Shown piece by piece: positions 32,555 to 43,207 of a stretch of 64,000 nucleotides of DNA. Both the position numbers and the translations under genes were made by a program. A model generated the notes under the pieces. The model worked only from the letters and a program-made list of their open reading frames with translations, searched no databases and had not been told where the DNA came from. This DNA is from Nitrospirota bacterium (GTDB lineage Bacteria > Nitrospirota > UBA9217), in assembly GCA_963754875.1 (NCBI GenBank), contig CAVWHO010000014.1, forward strand, positions 32,001 to 96,000, written 5' to 3'. The stretch's first letter is position 1. Each line of letters begins with the position of its first letter.

Positions 32555-33940
32555 GTGTCCAATGAACTCATCCTCATAGTCGATGACGAAGAAAGCGTGC
32601 GCAAGAGTCTTGCCGACGTGATGCGCGACGAAGGTTATGAGGTTATGACCGCGTCCTCCGGCAAAGAAGGCATCGACGCTCTGGCCGAAACACAGCCGGC
32701 GCTCGCGCTGCTCGATATCGCCATGCCGGAAATGGACGGGATCGAAACGCTCCGGCGGTTCAAGGAGATCAGGCCCGACCTGCCGGTCATCATGGTCACC
32801 GGCCACGGGACTATTGAGATCGCGGTCAAGACCACGAAGATGGGCGCCTACGATTTCCTCGTGAAGCCTCCGGAACTGCAGCACCTTACGCTCGTCGTGA
32901 AGCACGGGATCGAAGAATCCCGGCTGCGCGAGGAGAACGCCTCCCTCAAGCAGAGCATCGAGCGGCGGTACGAAATTGTGGGGGAAAGCGCTGACGATCA
33001 GACGCTCAAGCAGCAGATCGCACGTGCAGGGCCGACGAACGGCTGGGTGTTGATCCACGGAGAGAGCGGGACGGGCAAGGAGCTGGTTGCCCGCGCCATC
33101 CACCGGGCAAGCAAGCGCGCGAACGGTCCCTTCGTCGAGGTGAACTGCGCCGCCATTCCGCAGGAACTCATCGAGAGCGAACTTTTCGGCCACGAGAGAG
33201 GGTCCTTCACCGGGGCAACGGGCATGAAGCGGGGGAAGTTCGAGCTGGCTGACGGCGGGACCATCTTCCTCGATGAGATCGCCGATATGAGCATGGCCAC
33301 TCAGGCCAAAGTGCTGCGGGTGCTGGAAGGCCAGGAGTTCCAGCGCGTGGGCGGCACGAAAACGCTCAAGGCCGACGTGCGCGTGATCGCGGCGTCGAAC
33401 AAGAAGCTTGCTGAGGAAATAAAAAGAGGCTCCTTCCGCGAAGACCTCTATTATCGTCTGAACGTGATCCCGCTCGAAGTGCCTCCTCTCCGCGAACGAC
33501 AGGATGATATCCCGCGCCTCGTGCGCCACTTTCTGAAGGAGTTCTCCGTCGAATACGGCCAGAAGACCAAAGTCATCGATGAGGACGCCCTTGCGCTCTT
33601 TGTCCGATACCCCTGGCCGGGAAACGTGCGCGAACTCAGGAACAGTATCGAACGGCTGATGATCATGGTTCCCCGTACGTCGCTCTCGGTCAGTGACGTT
33701 CCACCGCCGATCAACGCATCGGTCGCGGGGCGGATCCCCCAGGAGTGCCCGGCCGGCATGCGGACGCGGCCCCACGATGCAACACTGAAGGATGCCCGCG
33801 CAGAGTTTGAGCGCGAGTTCATTTCGCAGAAGCTCAAAGAACACGGCGGGAACGTGAGCAAGACCGCCGATGCCATCGGCGTGGAGCGCAGCAACCTGCA
33901 CCGCAAGATCAAGGCGCTGGGGATCGAGGCGGAAGATTGA
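32555..33940 (+). CDS. sigma54-dependent response regulator (NtrX/NtrC family)
   Basis: REC, GESGTGKE, ESELFGHERGSFTGA, WPGNVREL, HTH ERSNLHRK. Confidence 0.95.
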   Translation: MSNELILIVDDEESVRKSLADVMRDEGYEVMTASSGKEGIDALAETQPALALLDIAMPEMDGIETLRRFKEIRPDLPVIMVTGHGTIEIAVKTTKMGAYDFLVKPPELQHLTLVVKHGIEESRLREENASLKQSIERRYEIVGESADDQTLKQQIARAGPTNGWVLIHGESGTGKELVARAIHRASKRANGPFVEVNCAAIPQELIESELFGHERGSFTGATGMKRGKFELADGGTIFLDEIADMSMATQAKVLRVLEGQEFQRVGGTKTLKADVRVIAASNKKLAEEIKRGSFREDLYYRLNVIPLEVPPLRERQDDIPRLVRHFLKEFSVEYGQKTKVIDEDALALFVRYPWPGNVRELRNSIERLMIMVPRTSLSVSDVPPPINASVAGRIPQECPAGMRTRPHDATLKDARAEFEREFISQKLKEHGGNVSKTADAIGVERSNLHRKIKALGIEAED

Positions 33941-34031
33941 TGCCGGATGAACGATGCATGATGCACGATGAGGCATTGTTTGCCTATGGCATATCCCGTT
34001 TTTTCTGTCCTGAATCGTGCATCCTGCATCA
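33938..34031. repeat. inverted heptamer repeats (GATGCAN/GCATCNT type)
   Basis: GATGCCG GATGAAC GATGCAT GATGCAC GATGAGG ... GAATCGT GCATCCT GCATCAT. Confidence 0.7.
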
Positions 34032-34039
34032 TCAACACT

Positions 34040-34880
34040 ATGATCGAAACTCATAACCTCACGAAATACTTCGGCGCTCTCGGCGCCGTGCAGTCTGTCA
34101 ACTTCAGCGTCGGCAAAGGCGAGGTCTTCGGTCTCCTCGGCCCGAACGGGGCGGGCAAGACCACGACGATCCGCATGCTGACGACGCTCCTTGCTCCTTC
34201 ATCAGGCTCAGCATCTGGTGGCGGGTCACGATGTGGTCGTGGACCCGCTGGGCGTCAGGCGTTCGATCGGCGTCGTGCCGCAGATGCTGAACCTCGATAT
34301 CGAACTCACCTGCATTGAAAACCTTGAATATCACGGCAGACTCCACAAGATGACCACCGCGGACCGGACAGCCCGGACCACGGAACTTCTTCACTTTGTC
34401 GGTCTCTGGGACAAGCGGGATACTCCCGTCGAACACGTTTCCGGCGGCATGCGCAGGAGGTTGTTGATAGCCCGGGGGCTCATGCACCGCCCCGGCGTCG
34501 TGTTCATGGACGAGCCTACGGTGGGTTTGGATCCCCAGGCGCGGCGGATGATCTGGGGGCTCATACAAGACCTGAAGCAAAGCGGCATCACGATCCTTTT
34601 GACTACGCACTATATTGAGGAAGCGGATTTTCTCTGTGACCGGGTAGCAATCATGCGTGCAGGAAAGATGATGGCCCTTGGCGCGCCTGCCGACCTCAAG
34701 GCAGTTGTGGGAAGATATGTACTCGAATGTCTCAACAGACACGATGTGCCGCGACGTTTCTTGTGGAGCCGGGAGGAAGCGCTCGAAGCGGGCAAGGGCA
34801 TGGGCTGTGATGTCGTGGCCCGCGATGTTACGCTTGAAGACGTATTTATCAGCCTGACCGGAGAGCGGATCGAAGGGTGA
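34040..34880 (+). CDS. ABC-2 type ATP-binding protein (DrrA/NodI-like); frameshift ~34215
   Basis: [31 protein letters not shown]. Confidence 0.93.
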
Positions 34881-34971
34881 GTAAAAACATGAGGCGGAAG
34901 CCAGAAGACAGAAACCAAAATGAAATCGATATCTTTCTCCGGATTTCTGGCTCCCGTCTCCTGACTTCTCG

Positions 34972-35709
34972 ATGCATACTATGAATTTCTACCCCATTTT
35001 CTGGAAAGAAATGATGCTCATTCGCAAGAAACCCTGGAGGTTCCTTGCGTCGAGCATGGTCATGCCCGTCCTCTACCTCGTTACGTTCGGCTGGGGCCTC
35101 GGCAGGGGCATGAACGTGGGCGGTAAGTACCTCGATTTCGTGCTGCCCGGGATTCTGGCACTGTCGGCCATGAATAACAGTTTTGGTCCGGTATCTACGT
35201 CACTCAATATCAGCAAGCTCTACACCAAAACGATCGAAGAGGTGCTCGTTTCTCCGGTGAGTCACTGGGACATAGCACTTGGCAGGACGCTCACCGGGTT
35301 TGTGCGCGGTTTGTTTTCCGCGCTCATGCTCCTGCTTGTCGGATTTGCTTCAGGCGTGCACCTGGAGGTGTCAGTCCTTTTTTTTGCCGTCCTCGGGTTG
35401 ACGGCGTTCTGCTTTGGCGCCGCAGGCGTGGCCGCGGCCATGATAGCCCGTTCTCACGAGGACATGGCCAACTTCAACAGTTTTTTCATTATTCCCATGT
35501 CATTCCTGGCAGGAACGTTCTTTTCTCCCGACAGGATGCCTGAACCTTTTCACAGCCTTATTCTGGCTTATCCGCTCACTCACGCAAACCTCGTGCTTCG
35601 TGCTCTTGCCTCGGGAAATAATCCGTCCGTGGGCTCGGCGCTCGTTCTCGGTGCATATGCCTTGTTTTTTTTCTATCTCGCAGGAATGATGGTCAAGAAA
35701 ACGGCGTAA
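34972..35709 (+). CDS. ABC-2 type permease (NodJ/DrrB-like)
   Basis: YLDFVLPGILA, EEVLVSP, PMSFLAGTFF, PLTH. Confidence 0.92.
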   Translation: MHTMNFYPIFWKEMMLIRKKPWRFLASSMVMPVLYLVTFGWGLGRGMNVGGKYLDFVLPGILALSAMNNSFGPVSTSLNISKLYTKTIEEVLVSPVSHWDIALGRTLTGFVRGLFSALMLLLVGFASGVHLEVSVLFFAVLGLTAFCFGAAGVAAAMIARSHEDMANFNSFFIIPMSFLAGTFFSPDRMPEPFHSLILAYPLTHANLVLRALASGNNPSVGSALVLGAYALFFFYLAGMMVKKTA

Positions 35710-35760
35710 GGGCCTCATCCGCGGTAACCGTCACGCATCGCTATCGATGTCTCATCCCAG

Positions 35761-35790
35761 AAGGCCATCGGCAGATGGCTTTCGCTTTTT
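35761..35790 (+). terminator. rho-independent terminator
   Basis: AAGGCCATC-GGCA-GATGGCTTT then CGCTTTTT. Confidence 0.6.
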
Positions 35791-35996
35791 GTGTTTTACC
35801 GCGGTCGTGAATATGTCCCAAAAAAAACTTTCCACCCCGGCAAGTCCGCTGACAGCGGCGTGGCCTGTTGTTTTGCAATGCAGGAGTGCCTCATTCCCTG
35901 TTTTTCATTGACTTTTCGGGACTATAAGGCTAATATTTAAATCTGTCCGTATTATCAACATTATCAGCGAAAAGTCGGGGAAACAGGTTTCACTTG

Positions 35997-38176
35997 ATGC
36001 CGAAAGTTCAATTTATTTTTGCTATCCATAATCACCAGCCGGTGGGAAATTTCGAGTTCGTTGCCGAGGACGCTTACCAGAAGTCCTACCTGCCGTTTAT
36101 GAAGACGCTCGAACGCCACCGGTCGATCAAGATCACCTTGCATTATACCGGCATACTCTATCACTTCTTTGAACAGAAACATCCGGAATTCATCGATCTG
36201 CTGAAGCAACTGGTGCATGACGGCAGGGCGGAAATTCTGTCGGGCGGATTTTACGAGCCGGTCCTGGCCGTTCTTCCTGACGAGGACAAGGTAGGACAGA
36301 TCCGGACGCTCACGGACCATATCCGCCGCAAGCTCGGTTACGATGCACAGGGCATGTGGCTGGCGGAGCGGGTGTGGGAGCCGCACCTTCCGAAATTCAT
36401 CGCCGCAGCAGGCATCAACCATGTCGTGGTTGACGACTTCCATTTCAAGATGGCTGGCCTCCACGACGACGAGTTGGACGGCTATTACCTCACCGAGGAG
36501 CAGGACAGCCTGATCCGCATCTTTCCGGGAAGCGAAAAACTCAGGTACCTGATACCCTTTGAGCGGCCCGAACAGGCAATTGAGCTTCTTTCCTGCTCTC
36601 CGCTCAACGGAACGGAACCGGCTTGCAGTCATGGCGGACGACGGCGAAAAGTTCGGCGTCTGGCCCGAGACCTATCGTACGGTGTACGAGGAAGGATGGC
36701 TCGAACGGTTCTTCACGCTGATCGAGCAGAACGGCGAGTGGCTCGAAGACAACGACCTTCTCGGAATATCTCGAAAAAGAACAGCCGCGTGGGAAGATCT
36801 ATCTGCCGACCGCTTCCTATATGGAAATGGGAGAGTGGGCGCTCCCGACGCGCGCGATGAAAGAGTATGACGATGCCCTGGCAAAGGTCAAACATTCACC
36901 CGATTTCACGGACCTCAGGCCTTTCATCAAGGGCGGGATATGGAGAAATTTTCTTGCCAAGTACTCCGAGAGCAACCACATGCACAAGCGCATGATGATG
37001 GCGAGCAGGAAGGTACGCGCCGCTCTCGATGCGTTGAACGGGCAGGGCGTGAAGAAGAATGCCGAGGCAGCGAGGATGCTCGATCATCTCTACCAGTCGC
37101 AGTGCAACGATGCGTACTGGCATGGCGTCTTCGGAGGACTCTATCTGCCGCATTTGAGATCAGCGGTCTACGAACAGGTGATCCAGGCGGAGTTTCTTGC
37201 GGACAAGGTCTTGAAGCGAGGCAAGGGTCAGGGAAAGCGGAAGAACAATTCTGAACCGTCGTGGCTGGAGATCGAGCAAGGGGATTTCGACCAGGACGGG
37301 CGTGACGAGGTAATGCTGAATTCTGAACTGCTGAACCTCTTCATCGACCCGGCTGAAGGCGGAAGGATAGCGGAGCTCGACTGGAAGCCCCGTCCCTTCA
37401 ACCTTATGAACACGCTTACCCGCAGGCGTGAGGGCTACCACGACAAGATCCTGCACGCGGCCGCGGCGGCCGCGGGGCCGCAGGACGGCGGCGTGAAGAC
37501 CATTCACGAACGAGTGGCCATGAAAGAGGACGGGCTCCAGTATCATCTGCTTTACGACTGGTATACCCGCGGTTCTCTGCTCGACCATTTCCTGGGGTCC
37601 GGCGTGGACCTCATCAGCTTCATGCGGTCCGAATATTACGAGGCCGGGGATTTCGTTCTCGGCCATTACGGCGTCAAACACCAAAAGCAGGGGAATGCCG
37701 CCGTCATCCTCGAACGCACGGGGCAGGTGGAAGGACTGGGCGTACGGCTCAAGAAGGAAATATCTCTGGCGAAGGCCGCACCGGAGTTTACCGTGAAGTT
37801 CGGGATCACGAATCTGAGTACTGAGGAGTTGAATACGTCATTCGGCAGCGAGTTCAATTTTTCATTCCTTGCGGGCAATGCCCCTGACCGGTATTACGAT
37901 ATGCCCGGCCATACTCTGGATAAGCGGAACCTGGCGTCGATCGGGGAGATCAACAACGTGAGCAAGGTGAGCCTTGTCGACGAGTGGCTGAAACTCAGGC
38001 TCTCACTAGCGTTCACGCAGCCGGCAATACTCTGGCGGGCCCCGGTCGAGACGGTATCGCAGTCAGAAGGCGGGTTCGAGCGGGTGTACCAGAGTTCTCT
38101 GGTGATGCCGATCTGGCGGATTTCGCTTCAACCCCGTTCGTTATGGGAAACGGAAATCACCGTGAAGATTGAATGA
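35997..38176 (+). CDS. GH57 alpha-amylase/4-alpha-glucanotransferase with DUF1925/DUF1926 domains; frameshifts ~36585 and ~36750
   Basis: HNHQPVGN, GMWLAERVWEP, DDGEKFGVWP, SYMEMGEW, QCNDAYWHGVFGGLYLPHLR, TVSQSEGGFE. Confidence 0.94.
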
Positions 38177-38333
38177 CCCGGCTGGAACAGCAGGTTGAAT
38201 TGCCGATGTGCGATAACCGCTGAGGACTCTCTGAGACCGCCTTCGCATTGCGGACACCCGTGTAGAACAAAGGCTGCGTTAGGATGAAGACCCGTATTTT
38301 GAGAATGCCTTTAGAAAAGAGGACCCCAGAAGC

Positions 38334-40103
38334 ATGAAAAAAATATTCACTGGTTTCTTATTGCTGCTATCGATGGGTGTTGCCGTGCATGCGGCTGAAA
38401 AGCCCCTCGGCGTGGAAGAATATACTTCTATCGACCAACTCGCAACGGAGATCGTATCGTACTTTCCCAAAGTCCAGGGGGAGGTAAAAGCAGTGCAGGG
38501 CGACCGGCTCACTATCGCCCTCGGTACGAAAGACGGATTGACGCCGGGCGTCGAACTCGCGCTTTGGCGGGACGGCAAGGAAATCCTCCACCCCGTTACC
38601 GGTGCGGTGATCGGCCGTGCCGAAGTGCCGGTAGGCAGCGCCGAAGTACTCAGCCTGTCAGAAACGTCTTTAACGGCGGTGGTGAGGGACAGAGTGCTGG
38701 ACCCGAAACCCGGGGACAAGGCGAGGATCACGCCGAAAAAGATCAATCTCGCCATCCTTCCGGTCAGGGCCGATCGGCCGGAGATCATTCATCGCCTGAC
38801 CGAACGACTGAATGAACTCGGCAGATTTACGCTGCTCGATAGCGAAAAGGCCGCTGATTTCCTCAGAGGGAAAAAGCAGCGGGATGAATCGCTTATCCGG
38901 GAAATGAGCAAGGCCTTCAACCTGGACGTGATTGCGGCAGTGGGGATCTACCCGACGGAAGGTGGAAAAATCCTCGTAACCACACGGTTGTTTTACGCCG
39001 ACGAGGCAAGACCGCTTGATACGATTGTGGCCATGATAGATTTGAAGACGAAAAAAGACGCATTCGGCGAAGTGAAGCCTTACTTTGCGCCGACGAAAGT
39101 GGAAAAGAGCAACATTACCGAATTGCCCTTCGAAGCGCAGCTGTTCGCGGCCGCGAACCTCGACGGTACCGGCGGTCTGGAGTATGTATTTTCCGATGGC
39201 GCGAGACTCCATATCTACCGGCAGAGCGCCGCTGGCTGGCGGGAAGAATGGGCGGAGCCGGCAGGTCCCCGGGATATAGAAATACAGCACATCAACCTTG
39301 ATGTGGCGGACATCAATGGCGACGGCAGGCCGGAGATTTTTGTGACGGAAATGCGGAATGGGACCGTCGTTTCCCATGTCGTCGAATTTCGTAACGGCCT
39401 GTATCAGAGGATAGCCGACGTCCCCGGCTTTCTCCGCGTCGTCAACTACCCCGGCATGGGAAGGATACTCATCGGCCAGGATTACGATTCGAAGTCGTTT
39501 TATACCGGGCCGCCGAGGCAGTATGAATGGTCCAATGGCAAATACGTTCTCGGCCGGGAAATCTCGCTGCCGGAGGGGATAGGCATCTACGGATTCGTTT
39601 TCGCCAATGTCGGCGAATCCAGTCCTCTTCTCGTTGCGCTTACCGAGAAAGACCGCGTGGTCGTTTACTCGAAAGACACCCGTATCTGGAGGAGCGAAGA
39701 AGCGTATCCGTCGGTCGGGATAACCGTGACCAAGCCGGTAACGGACGCTGTCAGCATTATCTCTCAGTCTGTTGGCGAAGGGCAAAAGAGCCAGAAAGTC
39801 AGGATTTCGGGAAGGGTCCTTGCGCTTGACATGAACGGGGACGGCAAAGACGAGATCATTCTGGTGAAAAATATCGGCGACCCCTTCCTGGGGTATTATG
39901 CGAAATCCGAGATCGTCAGCCTGGGATGGACAGGGGCGCGACTCGAGCAGCAGTGGGCCGTGAAAGATGTGCCGGGCGCCGTTCCCGATTTTGAGATTGT
40001 CCGGCAGGAGAGTGCGGGAGTAAGTATCCTGGCCCTGGTGAAATCTCCGGGAGGGCTTTTTGCCAAGGACAAGTACAGCGTTTTAACGTTCATGGCCAAG
40101 TGA
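38334..40103 (+). CDS. exported FG-GAP/VCBS repeat protein with a FlgT-C-like N-terminal region
   Basis: Signal peptide, HPVTG.V.G motif, DVADINGDGRPEIFV, DMNGDGKDEII. Confidence 0.75.
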   Translation: MKKIFTGFLLLLSMGVAVHAAEKPLGVEEYTSIDQLATEIVSYFPKVQGEVKAVQGDRLTIALGTKDGLTPGVELALWRDGKEILHPVTGAVIGRAEVPVGSAEVLSLSETSLTAVVRDRVLDPKPGDKARITPKKINLAILPVRADRPEIIHRLTERLNELGRFTLLDSEKAADFLRGKKQRDESLIREMSKAFNLDVIAAVGIYPTEGGKILVTTRLFYADEARPLDTIVAMIDLKTKKDAFGEVKPYFAPTKVEKSNITELPFEAQLFAAANLDGTGGLEYVFSDGARLHIYRQSAAGWREEWAEPAGPRDIEIQHINLDVADINGDGRPEIFVTEMRNGTVVSHVVEFRNGLYQRIADVPGFLRVVNYPGMGRILIGQDYDSKSFYTGPPRQYEWSNGKYVLGREISLPEGIGIYGFVFANVGESSPLLVALTEKDRVVVYSKDTRIWRSEEAYPSVGITVTKPVTDAVSIISQSVGEGQKSQKVRISGRVLALDMNGDGKDEIILVKNIGDPFLGYYAKSEIVSLGWTGARLEQQWAVKDVPGAVPDFEIVRQESAGVSILALVKSPGGLFAKDKYSVLTFMAK

Positions 40104-40145
40104 TAGAAAATGCTTCTCCCTCGACGTGAATAGACGGAACGAGAC

Positions 40146-40926
40146 ATGCACGAAAAGAATAATAAGAAAGAAAAGGAAATGCAGACTATCGACGAACTGC
40201 GGGCACGGCTGGATCCGTCCGGCCTCCCGCGGCATATTGCAATCATCATGGACGGAAACGGCAGGTGGGCTCTGCGCAGGGGCCTTCCAAGGGTCGCGGG
40301 CCACAAACGGGGCGCCGAGACGGTGCGCCGCATTACTGAAGTTTGCCGTGGGTTGGGGGTTCCGGTCCTTACCCTGTACGCTTTTTCCGACGAAAACTGG
40401 GGCAGGCCCAAACAGGAAATAGGTTTTCTCATGGACATGCTCGGGGTATTCCTCAAGGCCGAGATCGCGACCATGAAAGCAAACGGCATCAAGTTCCGCA
40501 CCATCGGGAGAATTGAACGGCTCCCGTCATCGGCTGCAATCGTGGGTCGAAAAAGCCATGAACGAGACGGCAGCTAACACCGGTCTGGTCCTGAACCTTG
40601 CGCTGTCCTACGGAGGCCGCGGCGAAATTCTGGAAGCGATCAAACGGAGCATGGCCGCGGGTGGAACGGCTGGACCGTTGACCGAAGAGGTTTTTGCCTC
40701 GTACCTCGATACCGCCGGATTGCCGGACCCGGACCTGATCATCCGTACCAGCGGCGAAAAGAGGATCAGCAATTTCCTGCTCTGGCAGGCCGCTTATGCC
40801 GAGCTGTATTTTACCGACACGCTCTGGCCGGACTTCGAGGAACGAAGCCTGCTTGAAGCGCTCATCGACTACCAGGGCCGGCAACGCAGGTTCGGGCTTA
40901 CCCAGGACCAGCTCGTACAGAAATAG
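40146..40926 (+). CDS. uppS: undecaprenyl diphosphate synthase; frameshift ~40540; start may be 40179
   Basis: HIAIIMDGNGRWA, YAFSDENW.RP, ALSYGGR, DLIIRTSGEKRISNFLLWQ. Confidence 0.96.
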
Positions 40927-41068
40927 GGGTGCACAAGGGCCGCTTATGCTGACCAGACGTATAAGACGGAGGGGAAGGATGTTTTTTGCTGTCTGATTTT
41001 TACCTCCAGCTCCGTCATTTTTCCCAATCCGCTGCAGCGATGTAAAAATAAATCTCCGTGGAGAGTGC

Positions 41069-41869
41069 ATGCTGCGTAAGAGAGTGATCTCGGGGCTTCT
41101 TTTTCTTCCCATCTTTTATCTGGTCGCCTGGGAACTCCCGCCGGTGTATTTCACGGCTCTGGTCCTTGCTGCCGTGCTGGTGGGACAGTACGAATTCTAC
41201 CGTATGGCGAGGGCGCGCGGATATCAGCCTCTTTCGCTGCTGGGGATGGCGCTCGGCGTTCTCGTACTGTTGGGTTTTTATCGTCCCCTGCATCCCGACC
41301 TGGGAATGCTTTTCCCCGTTGCCTTAAGCATGCTCGTTATCATGATCGCTCGATTGTTTTCTGCCCGCCCCGTTGCTGGCGCGTTCGAAGACGTCGCGTC
41401 GACGTTCCTCGGTGTGTTTTATGTGGCCATGCTCTTTGCTTTTCAGGTCGTCATTCGAACCGGCCCTGACGGAAAGCAGTGGCTGGTGTTTTTGTATTTT
41501 ATCATTTGGGCGTCGGATATCGGCGCCTATTCGATCGGCATCCCTTTCGGCAAGCACCGGCTCTACGAAAAAGTGAGCCCCAAGAAAAGCATGGAAGGTT
41601 TTGCAGGCGCACTTGCCGCATCGGCGGGCATGGCCCTTCTGTGCCGGGTCTGGTTCATGCCGCCGATCAGCATGCCAGAAGCAGTGGCAATCGCTCTGGC
41701 GCTGGCGGTGATCGGCACCATCGGCGATCTCGTTGAGTCCCTGCTCAAGCGTTCGGCCGGCGTTAAGGACTCGGGCGGCATCATTCCCGGCCACGGCGGC
41801 ATCCTGGACCGTATGGACAGCATGCTCTTTGCCGCACCGGTGCTGTATTATTATCTCAGGATGCGATAG
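41069..41869 (+). CDS. cdsA: phosphatidate cytidylyltransferase
   Basis: SDIGAY, SPKKSMEG, GDLVESLLKR..GVKDSG..IPGHGGILDRMDS. Confidence 0.97.
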   Translation: MLRKRVISGLLFLPIFYLVAWELPPVYFTALVLAAVLVGQYEFYRMARARGYQPLSLLGMALGVLVLLGFYRPLHPDLGMLFPVALSMLVIMIARLFSARPVAGAFEDVASTFLGVFYVAMLFAFQVVIRTGPDGKQWLVFLYFIIWASDIGAYSIGIPFGKHRLYEKVSPKKSMEGFAGALAASAGMALLCRVWFMPPISMPEAVAIALALAVIGTIGDLVESLLKRSAGVKDSGGIIPGHGGILDRMDSMLFAAPVLYYYLRMR

Positions 41870-41904
41870 TGGAATGCGGAGAATTGAATGCGGAGAGTAA
41901 GCGC

Positions 41905-43065
41905 TTGAAGAAAATTTCCCTGCTGGGCTCCACGGGTTCGATCGGGCGGTCTACGCTCTCCGTAGTTGCACAATTTCCCGATCGCTTCAAGGTCGTCGCT
42001 CTTGCTGCGGGCAATAACGTTGTGCTCCTGGAGAAGCAGGTGCGGCAATTCAAACCGTCTGTTGCTGCTGTTGCCGGAGAAAAAGCCGCCGAGGACCTGA
42101 AGGCGCGTTGCAAGGACCTGAAGGTACGTATCTTCTCCGGCGTCGACGGTATGGTCCAGGTCGCTTCCGCCGATGATGCGGACATCACCGTTTCGGCCAT
42201 CGTGGGGACTGCCGGCCTCGTGCCGACGATGGCCGCGATCCGCTCAGGCAAGCATATTGCGCTGGCGAACAAGGAAGTCCTCGTTACGGCAGGAGAACTC
42301 GTCATGGCCGAGTCCCGTTCCCGCGGGATCAGCATCTTCCCGGTGGACAGCGAACACAGCGCCATCTTCCAGTGCCTGCAGGCAGGTGCGAACAATGATA
42401 TCCGAAAGCTGATCCTGACCGCGTCGGGCGGGCCCTTCCGGGCTTTTTCCAAAAAAGACCTTTTGCAGGTGACGCTGGCACAGGCGCTCAAGCACCCGAA
42501 CTGGAGTATGGGCAGGAAGATCACCATCGATTCGGCGACGCTCATGAACAAAGGGCTCGAGGTGATCGAAGCGCGGTGGCTTTTTAACATCCCCCAGGAC
42601 AGGATCAAAGTGCTGGTCCATCCGCAAAGCATTATTCATTCCATGGTTGAATATCGGGACGGCGCGGTCGTTGCGCAACTCGGTATGCCGGACATGAAGG
42701 GGCCGATCGCCTACGCGTTGTCGTATCCCGAGCGTCTGGCGGACGTTTCGCCGGCCCTCGATCTGGCAAGCATCGGTACTCTCACGTTTGAAGAGCCGGA
42801 CATGGACCGTTTCCCCTGTCTTGCCTATGCCTTCGAAGCGCTGAAAGCAGGAGGCACCATGCCGGCGGTCGTATCTGCAGCGAACGAGGTTGCGGTCAAA
42901 TATTTTCTTGATGAGAAGATCGGATACGGCGCTATCGCAAGCGTGATCAATGCCACGATGACAGCTCATACGCCATCCCCTATCAAGACCATTGAGGACG
43001 CGCTCACTGCGGACCTCTGGGCCCGGCAGGAAGCGGAGAAGGCGGTTTCGAAAATTAAGATGTAA
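41905..43065 (+). CDS. dxr: 1-deoxy-D-xylulose 5-phosphate reductoisomerase (TTG start inferred; alternative GTG 41869)
   Basis: LGSTGSIG, LANKE, PVDSEH, HPNWSMG.KITIDSATLMNKGLE. Confidence 0.97.
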   Translation: MKKISLLGSTGSIGRSTLSVVAQFPDRFKVVALAAGNNVVLLEKQVRQFKPSVAAVAGEKAAEDLKARCKDLKVRIFSGVDGMVQVASADDADITVSAIVGTAGLVPTMAAIRSGKHIALANKEVLVTAGELVMAESRSRGISIFPVDSEHSAIFQCLQAGANNDIRKLILTASGGPFRAFSKKDLLQVTLAQALKHPNWSMGRKITIDSATLMNKGLEVIEARWLFNIPQDRIKVLVHPQSIIHSMVEYRDGAVVAQLGMPDMKGPIAYALSYPERLADVSPALDLASIGTLTFEEPDMDRFPCLAYAFEALKAGGTMPAVVSAANEVAVKYFLDEKIGYGAIASVINATMTAHTPSPIKTIEDALTADLWARQEAEKAVSKIKM

Positions 43066-43207
43066 TGACAGATGACTAACCAGGGGTTCGCTTCGCGAAC
43101 TCACTGTAAGGCTTAAGCGTTTCAGCGACGCAAAGCGTTCGCTCCGTGCAGCCGATTACCGTGCGCGCCGCAGGCGCCCGTGTTCCGGTGTTTAAAAGGA
43201 GTAATAC

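Noticed and set aside
32300..34054. 584-aa minus-strand ORF
   Set aside because: Antisense shadow of the sigma54 regulator.
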